From Neoechinorhynchus agilis (Eukaryota; Animalia; Acanthocephala): 64,000 nt of DNA. Positions 1 through 13,599 of the stretch are shown piece after piece. The notes beneath the pieces were generated by a model that was not told the DNA's origin, did not search any database, and saw nothing but the letters and a program-made list of their open reading frames with translations. The stretch lies in the NCBI GenBank assembly GCA_051530055.1, contig CM121341.1:18082784-18146783 (forward strand), given 5' to 3'. Both the position numbers and the translations under genes were made by a program. How positions within the stretch are numbered: the stretch's first letter is position 1; every line of letters begins with the position of its first letter.

Positions 1-1690
1 GATGCAAAATTAATCGCTTATAATGGGAAATAATAAAACTAATTTTGCAAAATTGCAATGGAATTTAAAAGTGGGGCTTTTAATTTTAAAGTGGATTCAA
101 ACTAACGTCTTACATTTAACGTGATCACTGACACGTAACAAGTGGATTGAGTTCCAATTTAATTTGATTCAAATATCTCTCTCATAAATAAGCCAACCAG
201 AATAATGTATCAAACTTAACAACTTAGTGCGATATTGTTATTGTGGGAAAATCGCTCAATGTAGTGAATGTGGATTGAGCCACGCCTCCGTTACCTAAAT
301 TACGCGGTTGGGCGGTATTTAAGCGATCGATGCAATACATTGCCACCACTTTTCCACACTGCACAGCATGAGCATACTCACTGCGTGAGTTAAAATTTAG
401 TTTAAATTAACGAAGTTTAATGTTAGTAGAGGGACAAAAAAGTAGATCGTAGATTTTCCTTGCAGTTTGTAGTTTCAAAATATTTAATAATAATGTATTT
501 CGTACACTAAGCCATTAATTTTTGATGCTTAAATTTCTAGCGAATAAGCAGCAAGTTGACTAAATTGCATTTGCCATAGAATATAATTAGAAAAATAAAT
601 TTTCTGTAGAAAGCGCGTTTTAAATAAGGAAGTATTTATTTAAGGGCGATTTTTTTGTTCCACATTCAGTTTATCTTAATAACTCGGTCACTTTGTTATC
701 AACTTTAAATTTTAATAGAATCGGTAATGGATTGCCTTTATCATGATAAGCATCAAAAATGCCAAGTGTACATCAAACAGGGCGGGAATGTCCAAATTAA
801 GGAAAAATTGACTTAAAAGTACCGTAAGCTTAACAAACTTTAAAATTAATTCCATAATTACAAAACCGGAAATTGCCGCGCAATAGATTCCCACTTGGTT
901 GATGCTATTCTCTAAAAATATTGCTGATAATGTTAAAGTTGTAAAATCTATAAATTCTTATGATGACATACTTTCAACTTGACAATAGATTTAATAATGT
1001 GTGCTTAGGCGCCAGAAATAGGTACGAAATTTAGTTGAATTTCATTTTCTTGAATCTCATATGTAGCAACTAAACTTGTTCGATTTAATTTGAATTTTTG
1101 TCCCTTAAATCTTTTATTTATAACGCTTTTGTGCCAAAAGCAAAAATGATATTTATTTTTGGAATAACCAGAAGTCAGTATTCACCGTTGTACGTTCTTT
1201 AAATTCAATTCGGTGATAACAAAGATCCTTTTAAGGTTGAGATGAGCTGTATTAAAGTGAGGATATTCTTTATTGTTTTCTTTCACTGAGACATTTGCAT
1301 TTTCGTTTTTCTTTGTTAGCAATTTAACCTTTACTCAGGATTCTTTAATGCAGCAAGCTTTTACTTTCAACATAGTCAAATCCTCATTGGCCGGTTTTTT
1401 TATGAGCTGGCGCGCCGGCAAGCGGTTGCGACGGTGGTAGTTGCGGCGCTAGTAACGAAAATTACAGAAAGTGACGAAGGTTTTTTTTGTGCGGTGAGAG
1501 TCCGTTAGCGTAAATAGATGAGATTTCAACAATTCAGAAAAGATTGATTTTTCATTTTTTCGAATTCTTTGACAAAACGTACGGCTTAATATACGACTAA
1601 AAGTTTTGTCGAATAATTTCAGCATGTAATAAAAATGAAAATAGCTCTCACCGGAACTGTGAAAAAGCGATTTTATCCTTTCATTTCAGA

Positions 1691-1762
1691 TCCCAGATAG
1701 TCTAGTGGTTAGGATACCTGCCTCTCACGCAGGTGGCCCGGGTTCGATTCCCGGTCTGGGAA
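1691..1762 (+). tRNA. tRNA-Glu, anticodon CTC
   Basis: TCCCAGA/TCTGGGA acceptor stem, D-arm GTCTAGTGGTTAGGAT, anticodon arm CCTGC-CTCTCAC-GCAGG, T-arm CCGGG-TTCGATT-CCCGG; 72 nt, no intron. Confidence 0.97.
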
Positions 1763-1822
1763 AGCAAAGCGCTTCCACATTCCCCTTCTCTTCTCGGCTA
1801 AATACAACCAAAAATTCAGTCT

Positions 1823-2112
1823 TTTTATTCATGCAGTCGCCATTTCAGTAAAAACATTCATTTAATGTATTTTACGTCTCGCTTTCACATGAACAAATGT
1901 CAATTCTCGTGTAAATGACGACTAAAGATGGGTTGGCAATCAATATTAATATGTTTAGCAATGGGAATTTTATTCATGCAGTCGCCATTTCAGTAAAAAC
2001 ATTCATTTAATGTATTTTACGTCTCGCTTTCACATGAACAAATGTCAATTATCGTGTAAATGACGACTAAAGATGGGTTGGCAATCAATATTAATATGTT
2101 TAGCAGTGGGAA
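1823..2112. repeat. Near-perfect tandem duplication, 2 x 145 bp
   Basis: ttttattcatgcagtcgcc...ttagca(a/g)tgggaa starts at 1823 and again at 1968, with only about 2 substitutions. Confidence 0.95.
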
Positions 2113-2286
2113 AGTACAAAATACTTTTATTTCGCAATGATTTCATCGCCTGGAAGTGCCAATGTTATACTTGAATGAAAATTCTCTCATCACAATTATG
2201 GATTTTAAATCATCGGAGGTCTTTTACTTTTGATCACCTTTAAAAAAATCCTTTTTCGCTGAATAGCAGTAACGATTAATTTTTCC

Positions 2287-2682
2287 CGGAACGACGGTAA
2301 ACGCCCTGATGGAGCGACTCTCCTCCCATGGTGCTCCGGGAAAATACTGGTTTGGGATTTTACTTGCCCCAGCACGCTCGCAGCACCCCACTTACGGGAT
2401 GCCACCTCAAAAGCGGGAGCAGTCGCCAGCTTCAGCGAGGAAAAGAAGCGGCATAAGTACTCCTCGCTCGATGGGCATCAATATATATTCATCCCGATTG
2501 CGGTGGAAACACTGGGATGTCTCGGCAAAGAAGCCGATTATTTCCTCCCACGACTGGGAGGGATGCTAAAACATGGCATCGACGATATGCGCTCCAGCAG
2601 CTTCCTGATACAGCGAATCAGTGCGGCGATCCAACGCGGCAATGTCGCGACCATCAAGGAAGCTGCCGAACAATCATTATGA
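2287..2682 (+). mobile_element. 3' fragment of a CRE-clade non-LTR retrotransposon (restriction-like endonuclease domain)
   Basis: Open frame without a start codon, absent from the ORF track: RNDGKRPDGATLLPWCSGKILVWDFTC...KKRHKY...FIPIAVETLG...IQRISAAIQRGNVATI*. It carries the PD-(D/E)xK-type endonuclease signature. Confidence 0.9.
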
Positions 2683-5349
2683 CAGTTGCAGAATGGGACG
2701 AAAAGGAGGAATTTGTGAACGAAAAGCAAATGTAATGATTGTTCGTCTTGAACTCTTTTGACCTTTGCATTTTTGCTGAGAATATCATGAGAAAACTTTT
2801 CTATTTAAAAGAAAACACAAGGGTGATTTTGTGGAACACAAGAGAGTGCCAGGCAAGTCTGAGAAAAATTATTCATCTCAATAAGACGGATTATAAAGAG
2901 ATCAAGGCGACTTTTAAAAGCTAAATTATCTCATGTAAAATTTTAAAATAAAAATTCCTCTAATCTGGCGTTAAAATTTCACTGACGGTTGCACTGAATG
3001 CGTCATCCTCTACCATCTCCAAAAAAAACGTTCTTCCGCACTTTTTTTGCATAATCAATAATAAAATCCATTTTAAATGAACAGCTAAAAAGTAAGCTAA
3101 TAATCTCTCTCTTTATAGTTCCCAAATACATAGATTCACAAGTGGTCTAAACATTCTCTGGTACTGAATTTTTTAAAGAATCGTTACTCTCTTGTGCTTG
3201 TGAATTTTTATTAGATTGAGAGCGTACGAAATTTGCGGACAATCTTCTCTTACAAGCGGCAACTTTTCATATTTTCACATTTGCTATAGCTAACAAATAT
3301 CGTCCTAAACAGAAACATTTTAATTATCGAATTTTTTAATGTTGTTTACTGGTGATCTTTTATAATTTTATTTATATTAAGGCATGTTTGCGTATTTTTT
3401 GCCTCGATTAATACATCAGAGTTTAAGCCTAGTACAAATTTTGAAATCTTACTTAAAAATGTATTTTCCATAGCTTTAAGGATATAAAGATTTGTTGAGT
3501 GTGGAGCCCTGATGGTAAAAGATAATGATTTCAATTCGAACTTTGAAACGAAATTATTTAATCGTTTCTTTCCAAATTTCAAATAGAAGCAAAACAAACA
3601 ATAATTCTAACAAAAATTTATAAGTACTCATTATTCATCAGAATAATCGATCCCTTTATTTCAAACTGTGGAATGATTTGACCGCTTGAAAGTTTGATTT
3701 ACGACTTTTTCTTTTTATGTGATTTCGAAGTCTACGCCATAAAGAAGTACTAACGATTAGAACGGGTCTTTTACAATAAAAAAATCGATTCAATTTCCAG
3801 TAAAAGTCTTAGTTTACTTGTCATTCCAAAGTAGGAAACTCCCTTTTATTTCTTTCAAAAGTTGACACAAGATATATATTTTTTTCAGAGCATGCTTTGC
3901 TTTTTTCGGGCATGAAATCATTCACGCCATCGCTCTGGAACAATCAGCTGCCGCTGTAACATAGTAACTTCGAATCGCGCTTTAAGTAGCGGAAGCAGTG
4001 TATCCTTACCCTCCAATTTCTATGCTTCAAGTAATTGCCAGCTATTTTGAGTAGTTTCGGTCAATTAGTAAATTAAGTACCGCCATGTTTTATAACTGTG
4101 ATCGAAACATATCGCTATTTTGTAGTTATAGTGATCATAATCCTGGATAAAAATATATTTTTTGATTTAAAATTTTCGTGAGGAAGCCTCGCACCACTGA
4201 GTCTAACAACATGGAAGGAAACAAAACTTTAGCATATAACTACCGACCAGCGACGTGTTAAAATCAATGAAAAAAGCGGACATGCGGTTCCCGAGCATCG
4301 GAAATTGCAATCCCCGCGAACCCTAGCCCAGGAGAGGCTTGCTCACGAAAAATTTCAATAACATATGTTTTATCCGGGGGATTATCATCACCACAACTTC
4401 AACTCAATCACCCGAAGGATTTTCGCTTGATTATATTCCTATTTTGTCTCGTTATACACTTTCAGCATCAATGGTTTAATGCCTCGATTTTAATTTAACC
4501 AGAATAATGTCTTGAAATGATCATTAATGTGATGTGTACTATTATTTGAGACTGATTTCCAGAATGAACCATCTCGGTTATTTTCTCTATCTTCGATCTT
4601 TCGGAATTCCCGATTCAATGCAGTACATTTAAAAAATCAAAACAATTGGATTTAAGCAGTGGCATAGCTGGTCGGAAATTCGTCATAGGAGCGAAGAAAA
4701 GGATTGCACAGATCTGGACCATCGTTTGATACAGGTAGTTTACAACACCAACCAGATTTTTGGCACACTTTGCGGTCATAATGTATCTTGAAACTCTTAG
4801 TCATATTTCAAAAGCGACTCACTATTCTTGTTGGTCGAAGACGACTTCTGGATTTTATATCTATAAATCCTTTTAAACGGAATTCCTTCAAGATTTCAAA
4901 ACGTTACGGCCTGCGCGCGTGATTAATCCTACCTTTTAGACGACGGCAGGGTGTATAAAACCCGTGTCGTTCGCTAGTGATGATATCCTCAACAACGCCA
5001 TCAATGTTGATTCATAACACTAGTTTAAGAAACGAGACATGATTAATTACTTTTTCAACTCTTGCAAATCTTTTAAAGGTTGTCTAGGTGTTAAGAAAAC
5101 GATTAAGGTAGGTGTATTTATGCATAAATTTGCCGAAGTATTGAAACCCTAAAGTCGACAGCAGCTTTGTTTTTTAATGCAATATTGATAAATGTTTGAT
5201 TTGTGAAAAGATAGTTCACGTTATTTCTAACTACCGAAAGTTACGATTGAAAATGTGTTAATTACAATTATCTTCTTTTTATTTGATGTAATTTTTTTTA
5301 AACCAGGAGCTATTTATTCAATCAATCTTCATTTCTCGACAATTAACAC

Positions 5350-5580
5350 ACTCACCACCTCCCGCAGAATTCCAGCTTTTGTCCTTCCTCGACCGTCGCC
5401 ATCACGCTGGCAGCATTGCCCCGTTGTACTGCTAGCGAGATATTTTGTCGAAAGAATACGCCTGCACTTGAGTCTCCGGTTGCCTCTCTCAATTTCTTCG
5501 AGAGATCCTGGAGCAGAGAGAGTGCCGAGCTGCCGAGCGCTCCATACGTCTCTACCCCAAAGGGGACAAAATAGTGAGCC
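5350..5580 (-). mobile_element. CRE-clade retrotransposon 3'-terminal fragment
   Basis: Minus strand encodes FVPFGVETYG...QNISLAVQRGNAASV...FCGRW*; same family as the copies at 22.1, 38.9, 53.6 and 62.8 kb. Confidence 0.88.
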
Positions 5581-5815
5581 CTCGATAAGTGAAGAATTAG
5601 ACTTCTCTTTCTTAGTACGTTGCCTCTATACCGCGGTTACCGCTAAGAAACTGCCTCCGTCGATACTCAATATCTGTAGCCCAAACAATCGCATGAAGCT
5701 CAAGAATTTTGAATCTTAATAAGGTAGTGGCTTTTAAATCCTAAACGAATTATCCGCCAAACTTTATAGTAAGGATCTGCGTGTCGATCGATTAGTCTTT
5801 AAAAAATATTTAGAC

Positions 5816-6146
5816 CAGCGGTGCCAACCTTTTTTATACGGGTCGCTCTCGACATTTCGCTAAATCGTGCTGGATAAAACGCATACAAAAATTTAAGCAA
5901 ATTATTTAGAAGTGAAACTTGTCTCGGAAAGCAAAGAAACTTACAATTTGGTGTTTTATTAGTGTGAACTCCTAGGCTGTTCGTCTTTACAACAAGGAGG
6001 ACTCTGTGGCAACATTATGCTACCTTTTTTTAAGTCTTTTAAATATTGTAACCATAATTTGTAGTACCAATGAATTGCAAAAGAGCGGGCCACATGAGGC
6101 ACCTTCACGAGCCTGATGTGGACCGAGGATTAGGTTAGGAATGCTG
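5816..6146. mobile_element. Non-autonomous hAT (Charlie-like) MITE
   Basis: Imperfect TIRs CAGCGGTGCCAACCT / AGGTTAGGAATGCTG. Flanks atttagac and ctttagac match 7/8 as an 8-bp TSD resembling NTCTAGAN. A GC-rich subterminal gcgggccacatgaggc motif is present. Confidence 0.72.
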
Positions 6147-6542
6147 CTTTAGACCAGATATTTGATATGAAGTGAAAATCCGCGCGACGAATCAGGTTAC
6201 TCTTATGAAAAAACCTACTTCCATTTACACAATTTATAATTTATCTTTGCAAATGAATGCATGTAATGATATGAAATTCTTTTCGTGTATTATGTATTAA
6301 ATATTTTCCAAATTAGGTTAAAATAACGAATTTCAAAAAAAGTAGGAAACCATTGCTTACCCGTGAAGCTTTCCTTCTTTTTGATCTCTTTCATATGCTT
6401 TTAAAATGAATATAGGCGCCAGTCACAGTACTGAGCATATTTATCCATTTTATTACTTCATCATAGCCAGTGCAATATGTTCACATTTTCATTTAAGTCG
6501 CTAGCGTTCTAAATTCTAATTTTTAGATTTCAATAAAAATCC

Positions 6543-9500
6543 ATGAGCAATTTCGAGGAATTTTGTGGTAGCGAGTTTTTCGTTAGTATTGCTAGCAAAA
6601 ATTATATTGTCACTAATGTGTGAGACAATCTGCAGAACTCCTCGCTTCTGTTCAATCAAACAGTTCCTCAGTTGACGCCGTGTTTAAGAAACACAGTCAT
6701 CTATTGGGTACCACTGGCTATATACATTCTATGGCTACCGTTTTGGATCAGAATGTTAAATACGCGAAAAATTCAGCCTCAAAACCTTGGCTGGTCAGTT
6801 TTGTCCTTGATGAAATTGGTGAGTTATCCTTAAGTTTGATCATTGGGTAAAGCACTTTTTAGCTAACAACCGGACTTATAACAATCACTTGTATAACCAG
6901 CGCAATATTCGCGGCCGTTAAACACCAAACATCAAGTCCGGCATTTATTTTATTGTGGTTCCTACTTGCAGCCGCTTTTGTGAGTATAACGTCAATGGAA
7001 TTCGACACTTAATCTTCCATCTAGATATCTAACCTCTACTTAATTATGCTTGAGAAGAAAAAAGGTCTATATTCCAGTATGGTACTATTCTGTTGGTATC
7101 TATGTCTTGTCATTGCATCGGTTCCGAATGTAATCTGGTACTCGGCTCACAATTTGCATGTAAGTCTAAGAAGCGGCTTTGCCAAATACTTGAACTGATA
7201 ACAGGAGCAAAACTTCGAGAAGTCCATTTTCTATGTTTTCTTTGCTTTGTTGTTAATCGGATTTATATGGACACTTTTTGCGGAACCTCATCCTTATGAC
7301 TTTGATAAGAAAAATACGGCGAGATCTCTGTGTCCAGGAAATTACGTTACTGTTCTGTCTAAGCTTTGCTTTTTTTATTGTACAAAGTAAGTATCAGAAC
7401 AATGGGGGACGTATCCATTTCCTTTTGGGGAAATATACCAACTTAAATGAAATTGTCAAATCCAGAAGCTCGGTTATGAATAACAGATTCTAAATATTGT
7501 TGAATAACACTTACGTTTTATTGTGCATTCTCTGATCGGTTTCGAAAATTGAGACAAATGGGGCATTGTGACGCTATATCCTTTCTAAAGTGTATAATGC
7601 TCTCGTGTTTAAGTGAAATACTAAGCCATACCAAAAGTTCAGTGCATTCTAAACTGGTGGTTATCGAATTGTTTATATATTTAATTTATAAGACACAGTG
7701 TACACTCTTTTGATCCCTTGAACTTGATATCGCTTTAGTTTTGTCGGATCATCTGAATTTAATTTCGCGCGCTACTGATTCTAAATTCTGTAATGCCTTT
7801 TCCTTTAAAAAGGATGTTGTATATTGGGTATCGAAGAACCTTAACAATTGCCGATCTCTGGAGGCTTTCCGACCGCGAATATTCTGAATGTCTTAGTGAC
7901 GAGTTTATGAACCAGTGGAACTTACTTCTTAAAAGATCAAGCATGTAAGATAGTTTTGCTTTTTTTTAAATCATGGTCGATTTAGAAACTTAGTGGACCG
8001 TAAATCTTCCTCAACAGCGATCAAAATTTTTGAAGAAGCTCCCACAAAAACGAAAAAAGTAAATGTTGTAGAATCACCAAATAATTATATCCTAGTTGTC
8101 TTAGATGTCACCTGCCGCTTTTATTTCAACTATACGATCTGTTAAAAGACCTAGACTTTGGATAGCCTTGTTGCGAACGTCATATGGGAAGAATTTAGCG
8201 GCGGCACTCCTGAAACTGATATATGATTCACTTCAATTCACGGCGCCGCTTATTCTTAGACAGATTATCCGATATGTAAGCGATCGATCAGAACCGATTT
8301 GGCTTGGCGTATTTTACGCTATTTTACTATTCGGATGCCAACTGCTCCAATTCTCGATTCTTCATCAATACTTTCTTAAAATGATGCTGATTGGTCAGCG
8401 CTGGCGAACTGCGTTAATTGCCGTGATATATAAAAAGAGCACAAGACTATCGTCGTCAGCTAGACAGCAATCTACAGTTGGTGAGATGGTCAATTTAATG
8501 TCTGTAGACGCTCAGAAGCTAATGGATGTCACTTCCTACTTGCATATAATCTGGTCAGGTCCGTTTCAAATTATTCTGGCCATCAGTCTTCTTTTCTACA
8601 CCCTTGATATCTCAATTATTGCCGGTGTGGCGATACTGATCGCTTGTATTCCCATGAACTTCGTCCTTTCGAAAAAGATGAAACAATATCAAATCGCACA
8701 AATGAAGGAAAAGGACACTCGCATTAAATTGATGAATGAAGTCCTAAATGGAATGAAAGTACTTAAACAGTACGCCTGGGAGTTGCCCTTTGCTGACGTC
8801 GTGAAAGATTACCGATTACGAGAATTGATTTACATTAAGAAAAATGCGTATCTCGGAGTAGCAATGAGTTTAATATGGTCGCTATCTCCGTTTATTGTAT
8901 CTGCGGTCACATTCGCAGTATATGTGGCGAGAGGAAACATCCTGGATGCAGAAAAAGCATTTGTATCGCTTACACTTTTCAATCTTCTCCGCTTCCCACT
9001 TAACATGTTTGCTTCTGTTGCAACCAGCATTATCCAGGTATGCGGAAAAGTATGATAAATGCATAAATAACCAATGAATTTCTCGAAGGCCAATGTATCC
9101 ATGAAAAGAATCGAGAACTTCCTTCTTCTCGAAGAAGTTGATCCTAGTGCTGTTGCTGCCCTCGACGGGGAAGGTATGCAGGTCTTGGGACGTTTTATTA
9201 CCACTAATTAAAATATACAATTTAAATCAACTTAATGCACTCGTCTTTAGAGTTATAGCAAATTTACTTTTCAACTCAACATAGATTCTGATCATGGAAT
9301 CTGTTCGAAAAACCTTTGTAGCACATAATCTAAATTATAAGATACCATTTTCTTGCACTGCTTAAGTTTTTCGTGACTTTGAGATACACATTTTGTTTGA
9401 AAATGCTTTTGATCGCCAAAACGTCAAATTTTATTTCCTCGCGCTTAGGAAAATCTGTTTTAATTCAAGACGGATCATTTAAATGGAACGAATCGAATTT

Positions 9501-12500
9501 CCAACTTTTAGAGTGGGTTTCACGTCTTTTATGTTTTAAATACATACCTTCAAAAATATTAGTATAAACCTTGAAGTGGCAAAAAAGTCATTAGTATGCA
9601 TTGTTGGTGAAGTGGGATCAGGCAAGTCAGCATTGTTTAATGCAATTCTTGGTGAAATGGAAAAGAATAGTGGCAGAGTCGCTGTTAATGGACGAATCGC
9701 ATTCGTTCCTCAGCAGGCATGGATTTTGAACGCCACAGCGCAGAACAATATCACGATCCAAGAAGGCCCGATCAATCGAAAGAAGTATAATGCTGTTGTT
9801 CAGGGGTGTAGTTTATCTCCCGATTTTGATATTCTACCCGATGGTGAAGATACTGAAATTGGAGAGAAGGGAATTAACTTGAGTGGAGGGCAAAAGCAAC
9901 GTATCAGTCTCGCTCGTGCTGTTTACACAGACGCTGATATTTACCTGATGGATGACCCTTTAAGTGCAGTCGATGCACATGTCGCTCAATCCATTTTTAA
10001 GAAAGTCATCGGACCCAACGGAATGCTTTCCAACAAGGTTGGCATCCTGTAAAATGTGTTTTAAAGCTAATTACACCCGTAGACTCGGATTATGTCAACA
10101 AATGCAATGACATTTTTACCAAGCGCCGATCTAATTATTTTGTTGAAGAATGGAAAGATTGCAGAATCAGGGACATATAATGAACTTATTGCTAAAAATA
10201 GTCAATTCACGTTGTTCGCAAGGGATTATCTTGAAAGTGTTGATGATAGATCTCCAGGTAGGAAAATAAACCCTGCAAATTGATTACTGCAAATTTGAGT
10301 TTCGTTATTTTTGTTTAATCGATTCCTAGTTAAAGCTCAGTTTCAGAACAGTTCCATCCGATGAAGTATCAGTAGTTTTTTCAAATCAGGACTTTTGGGT
10401 GTTGCGATTATATTTCATAACTTATTGCACTATCTATCGCTTTTAGTTGTGTTTTTCTCCCGAATTTTAATGGAGCAGACTTTTAGAGTGTAAAATATTT
10501 TCTCGATACCATTGGCCGTTTTTCATTTAGCTAAAACAACAGTTTAGTGTTGGAATTCGTTAATTTTATGCTAAATAGCCTCTATTAATTTGTTACTATC
10601 TCTATTCTCGCTCGTCGATTCGGTATAACGAGTTCATACATTTGCCACCAACGCCGCCGATATTTCTCAAAGTATTGTCAGTTTTAAGTTCAATGAAAAG
10701 ATTTCTCGGAGCTCACCAATTCCTTTATTATATATAAACGTTTAATCATAAAAGCACCCAAAGGTCTTTGTGCACAAAATGTCTACTTATCGACTTTCTG
10801 AGAAATTGATACTCTAATGTTGTGTTTTTAAACAGGAGCCACGCCAAGTCGAGATTCCCAAGACCGCGATCGGACAGTCAGGTTTGTTCTTCTTTTGCCT
10901 TCTCAATGCTTAAAAAGACTTCATTTACAGTGAAATGAACGTTGATGATATTTTGGACGACTTGAGCTTAAAGGGCGATGACGAGGAGGTTATAAAGGCA
11001 AATAAACGAATGAAATCTAAGCGTTCACTGCATAAGCTGTACCAGAAACTGAAAAGACAGGGCATTAGGAAGAAAACAAAGGATGATTTACGGTCGAAGG
11101 AAATAAGCGATCGGAAACTCATTAAGGATGAACACATTGAAACTGGGCGAACGCAACTAAAGCATGTTAAATCGTATTTCAAAACGTATGGACGTCGTGC
11201 TTTATTGTTCCCTCTCGTGTTCCTATGCGCTCTTGGTTTTAATATTGGTAGCAATATTTGGCTTAGCATGTGGAGTGATGATAGTACCATCGCCCCTGAT
11301 AAACGACCATCTAATGTTTACAGAGCTGGAATCTACGCTTTATTGGGATGCGCTCAAGGTCAGTCTGTTTTAGAGACGAGTAATTATCATTTTCCATTTT
11401 TTAGGAATAGTTTATTTTTTTTCTCAGATAATAATTGCTTACGGCGGATACCGCGCCGGACGTCTTCTACATAGTCAAATACTCGATCGACTAATCCATG
11501 CTCCGTGTATTTTCTTCGATAGAACTCCGTTGGGTCGAATTATTAATCGAATGTCAAAGGATATCGACTCCATTGATACGAATCTACCGGCTTCCATAAG
11601 AAGTTGCATATCAATGCTTATTGCAATTTTCACTACTATTGTCGTAATTTCCATCAGCAGTCCGTATTTCTTGATTGCCGTCATTCCAATATGTATAATC
11701 TTCTATTTCGTACAGGTAAAATAGGCTTAAAATACAGGGAATAGGTTTCTTTAAATATATGGAAATCTGGTTATTAAAGTAAAAAATGAAAATAATAAAT
11801 TTACCTCCGATTTTTGTCTACACTAATTAATAGGGTTGATGCATTAGTATAATGAATAAAGTAATCGAATTTTTAAACATTTATAAAATTGAACGTTTTA
11901 AATTAGACGCTTTTTGCTTTGTCCACACCACAAAGTCTTAAAAATCGATTGACCATGAAGTCAGGGATAAGTCAATAAAATTCAAATGATGTTTCAAATT
12001 TCAGCACGCAATTGCGTATGTTATAAATATTGAAATCATGGTAGAGAATTTATATTGGGGCAATGGTGCTAATATAAAAATACTGAATTTTAGTTTTTCT
12101 TGCGAATTTTGCAAAATAAGAATACTGCGCATGATATGCACACCGTAACCATTTTCTTTTTAGCGATTCTACATTGCAACTTCTCAACAATTAAGACGAA
12201 TCGATTCTGTATCGCGATCGCCGATTTATTCCAATTTCAGTGAAACTCTTCTCGGTATCCAATCCATTAGAGCGTATCGAATCGAAGATCAATTCATTCG
12301 GCGCAATAATAAGTACAATGATGAGAACATTTCGGTTTATTACCACACGATCCTTGTAAACCGCTGGCTTGCTGTTTTCTTGGAGCTTTTGGCTAGCATT
12401 ATAGTGTTTTCGACTTCGATTATGGCTGTAACTCAGCCAACGTTAACGGCGGGAATCGCTGGTCTATCTATAAGCCACGCAATGAGTATTACGCAGGCGT

Positions 12501-13434
12501 TTAATTGGGTAGTACGGATGATCTCAGAAATTGAAACAAACATCGTAGCTGTTGAGCGCATATCGGAGTACGCAGAGATGGACATTGAACCGGAATGGAA
12601 GATTGAAGAGACCGCACCACCACCTGATTGGCCTCAACAGGGCGCTGTGTTATTTAAGGATTATACGTTGAGATATAGGGAGGAGCTTGACCCAGCACTA
12701 TTCGATTTAGATATTAAAGTAAATCCAGGGGAGAAAATCGGTGTCGTTGGAAGAACTGGAGCAGGAAAGTCTTCATTGATTGTGGGACTTTTGCGCTTGA
12801 CTGATAAGACGGAAGGTGTCATTGAGATTGATGGTATAGATATTTCGAAACTCGGCCTTCACCAACTTCGATCTAGAATAACAGTGCTACCACAGGATCC
12901 TGTTCTCTTTTCGGGCAAAATCCGGTTTAATTTGGATCCGCTCAATGAGGCATCGGATGAAATGCTCATTGAAGCTCTCAAAAATGCTCATCTGTACGAT
13001 TATATCACTTCACTTCCTAATGGTCTTGATTCTGAAGTCGCTGAAGGTGGTGAGAATTTCAGTGTTGGTCAACGACAATTGATTTGTCTTGCACGCGCTC
13101 TTCTAAGAAGAACTAAGCTCCTAATTTTGGACGAAGCAACCGCGGCTGTGGACGTTGAAACTGATAGTTTGATACAAGCAACAATTAGAAGAGAATTTGA
13201 TCAATGCACCGTGATTACAATTGCTCATAGGATTAATACTATAATGGATTATGACCGGTAAGTTTGGAAATAGAATTTAGATTATTAGCACGTTAGTCGA
13301 TTAGAATCATTGTTCTCGATGGAGGGCGTGTGAAGGAATTCGCATCTCCACATGAACTTTTGGCTGAAGAAAATAGCATTTTTGCTTCTCTAGCAAGGCA
13401 TGCAAATTTAAAGATGGCTTCAAGCCCAAAATAA
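6543..13434 (+). CDS. ABCC1-like: MRP/ABCC-family ABC transporter (long form with TMD0), about 17 exons
   Basis: Exons were joined by eye at GT-AG sites from MSNFEEFCGSEFF|NSSLLFNQTVPQLTPCLRNTVIYWVP to ...ARHANLKMASSPK*. NBD1 has GEVGSGKS, LSGGQ and DDPLSAVD. NBD2 has GRTGAGKS, FSVGQ and DEATAAVD. Confidence 0.95.
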
Positions 13435-13599
13435 TAAAATAGTGTAATAAGAACAATAGTTGATTTCTGAATTGAGAATAAAAAAGTCGTTGTCCTTGGT
13501 GTTGATAACAATGCGGATAATCTACATAGGCGAAAACAAATACAATCGCAGATGTGTATCCGTTTTAAATTATTCAATATCTTTGTGGTCTGTACATTT

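Noticed and set aside
712-894. Hydrophobic 60-aa ORF and possible minus-strand exons in 250-1372
   Set aside because: No consistent splice model or recognisable domain. A gene may exist here but cannot be supported.
3740-3960. Possible short exons giving ...FFGHEIIHAIALEQ (HExxH-like motif)
   Set aside because: The exon chain could not be extended to a recognisable protein, and such parses arise easily in AT-rich DNA. It needs RNA-seq evidence.
4940-4978. GC hairpin followed by CTAG-T, like a Helitron 3' end (similar at about 1410-1452)
   Set aside because: No matching 5' TC end, second copy or Rep/helicase remnant was found.
10092-10115. ABCC NBD1 switch region reads STN rather than VTH
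   Set aside because: NBD1 forms the degenerate site in ABCC proteins, and Asn at this position is, to my recollection, seen in other MRP-type members. Not distinctive.
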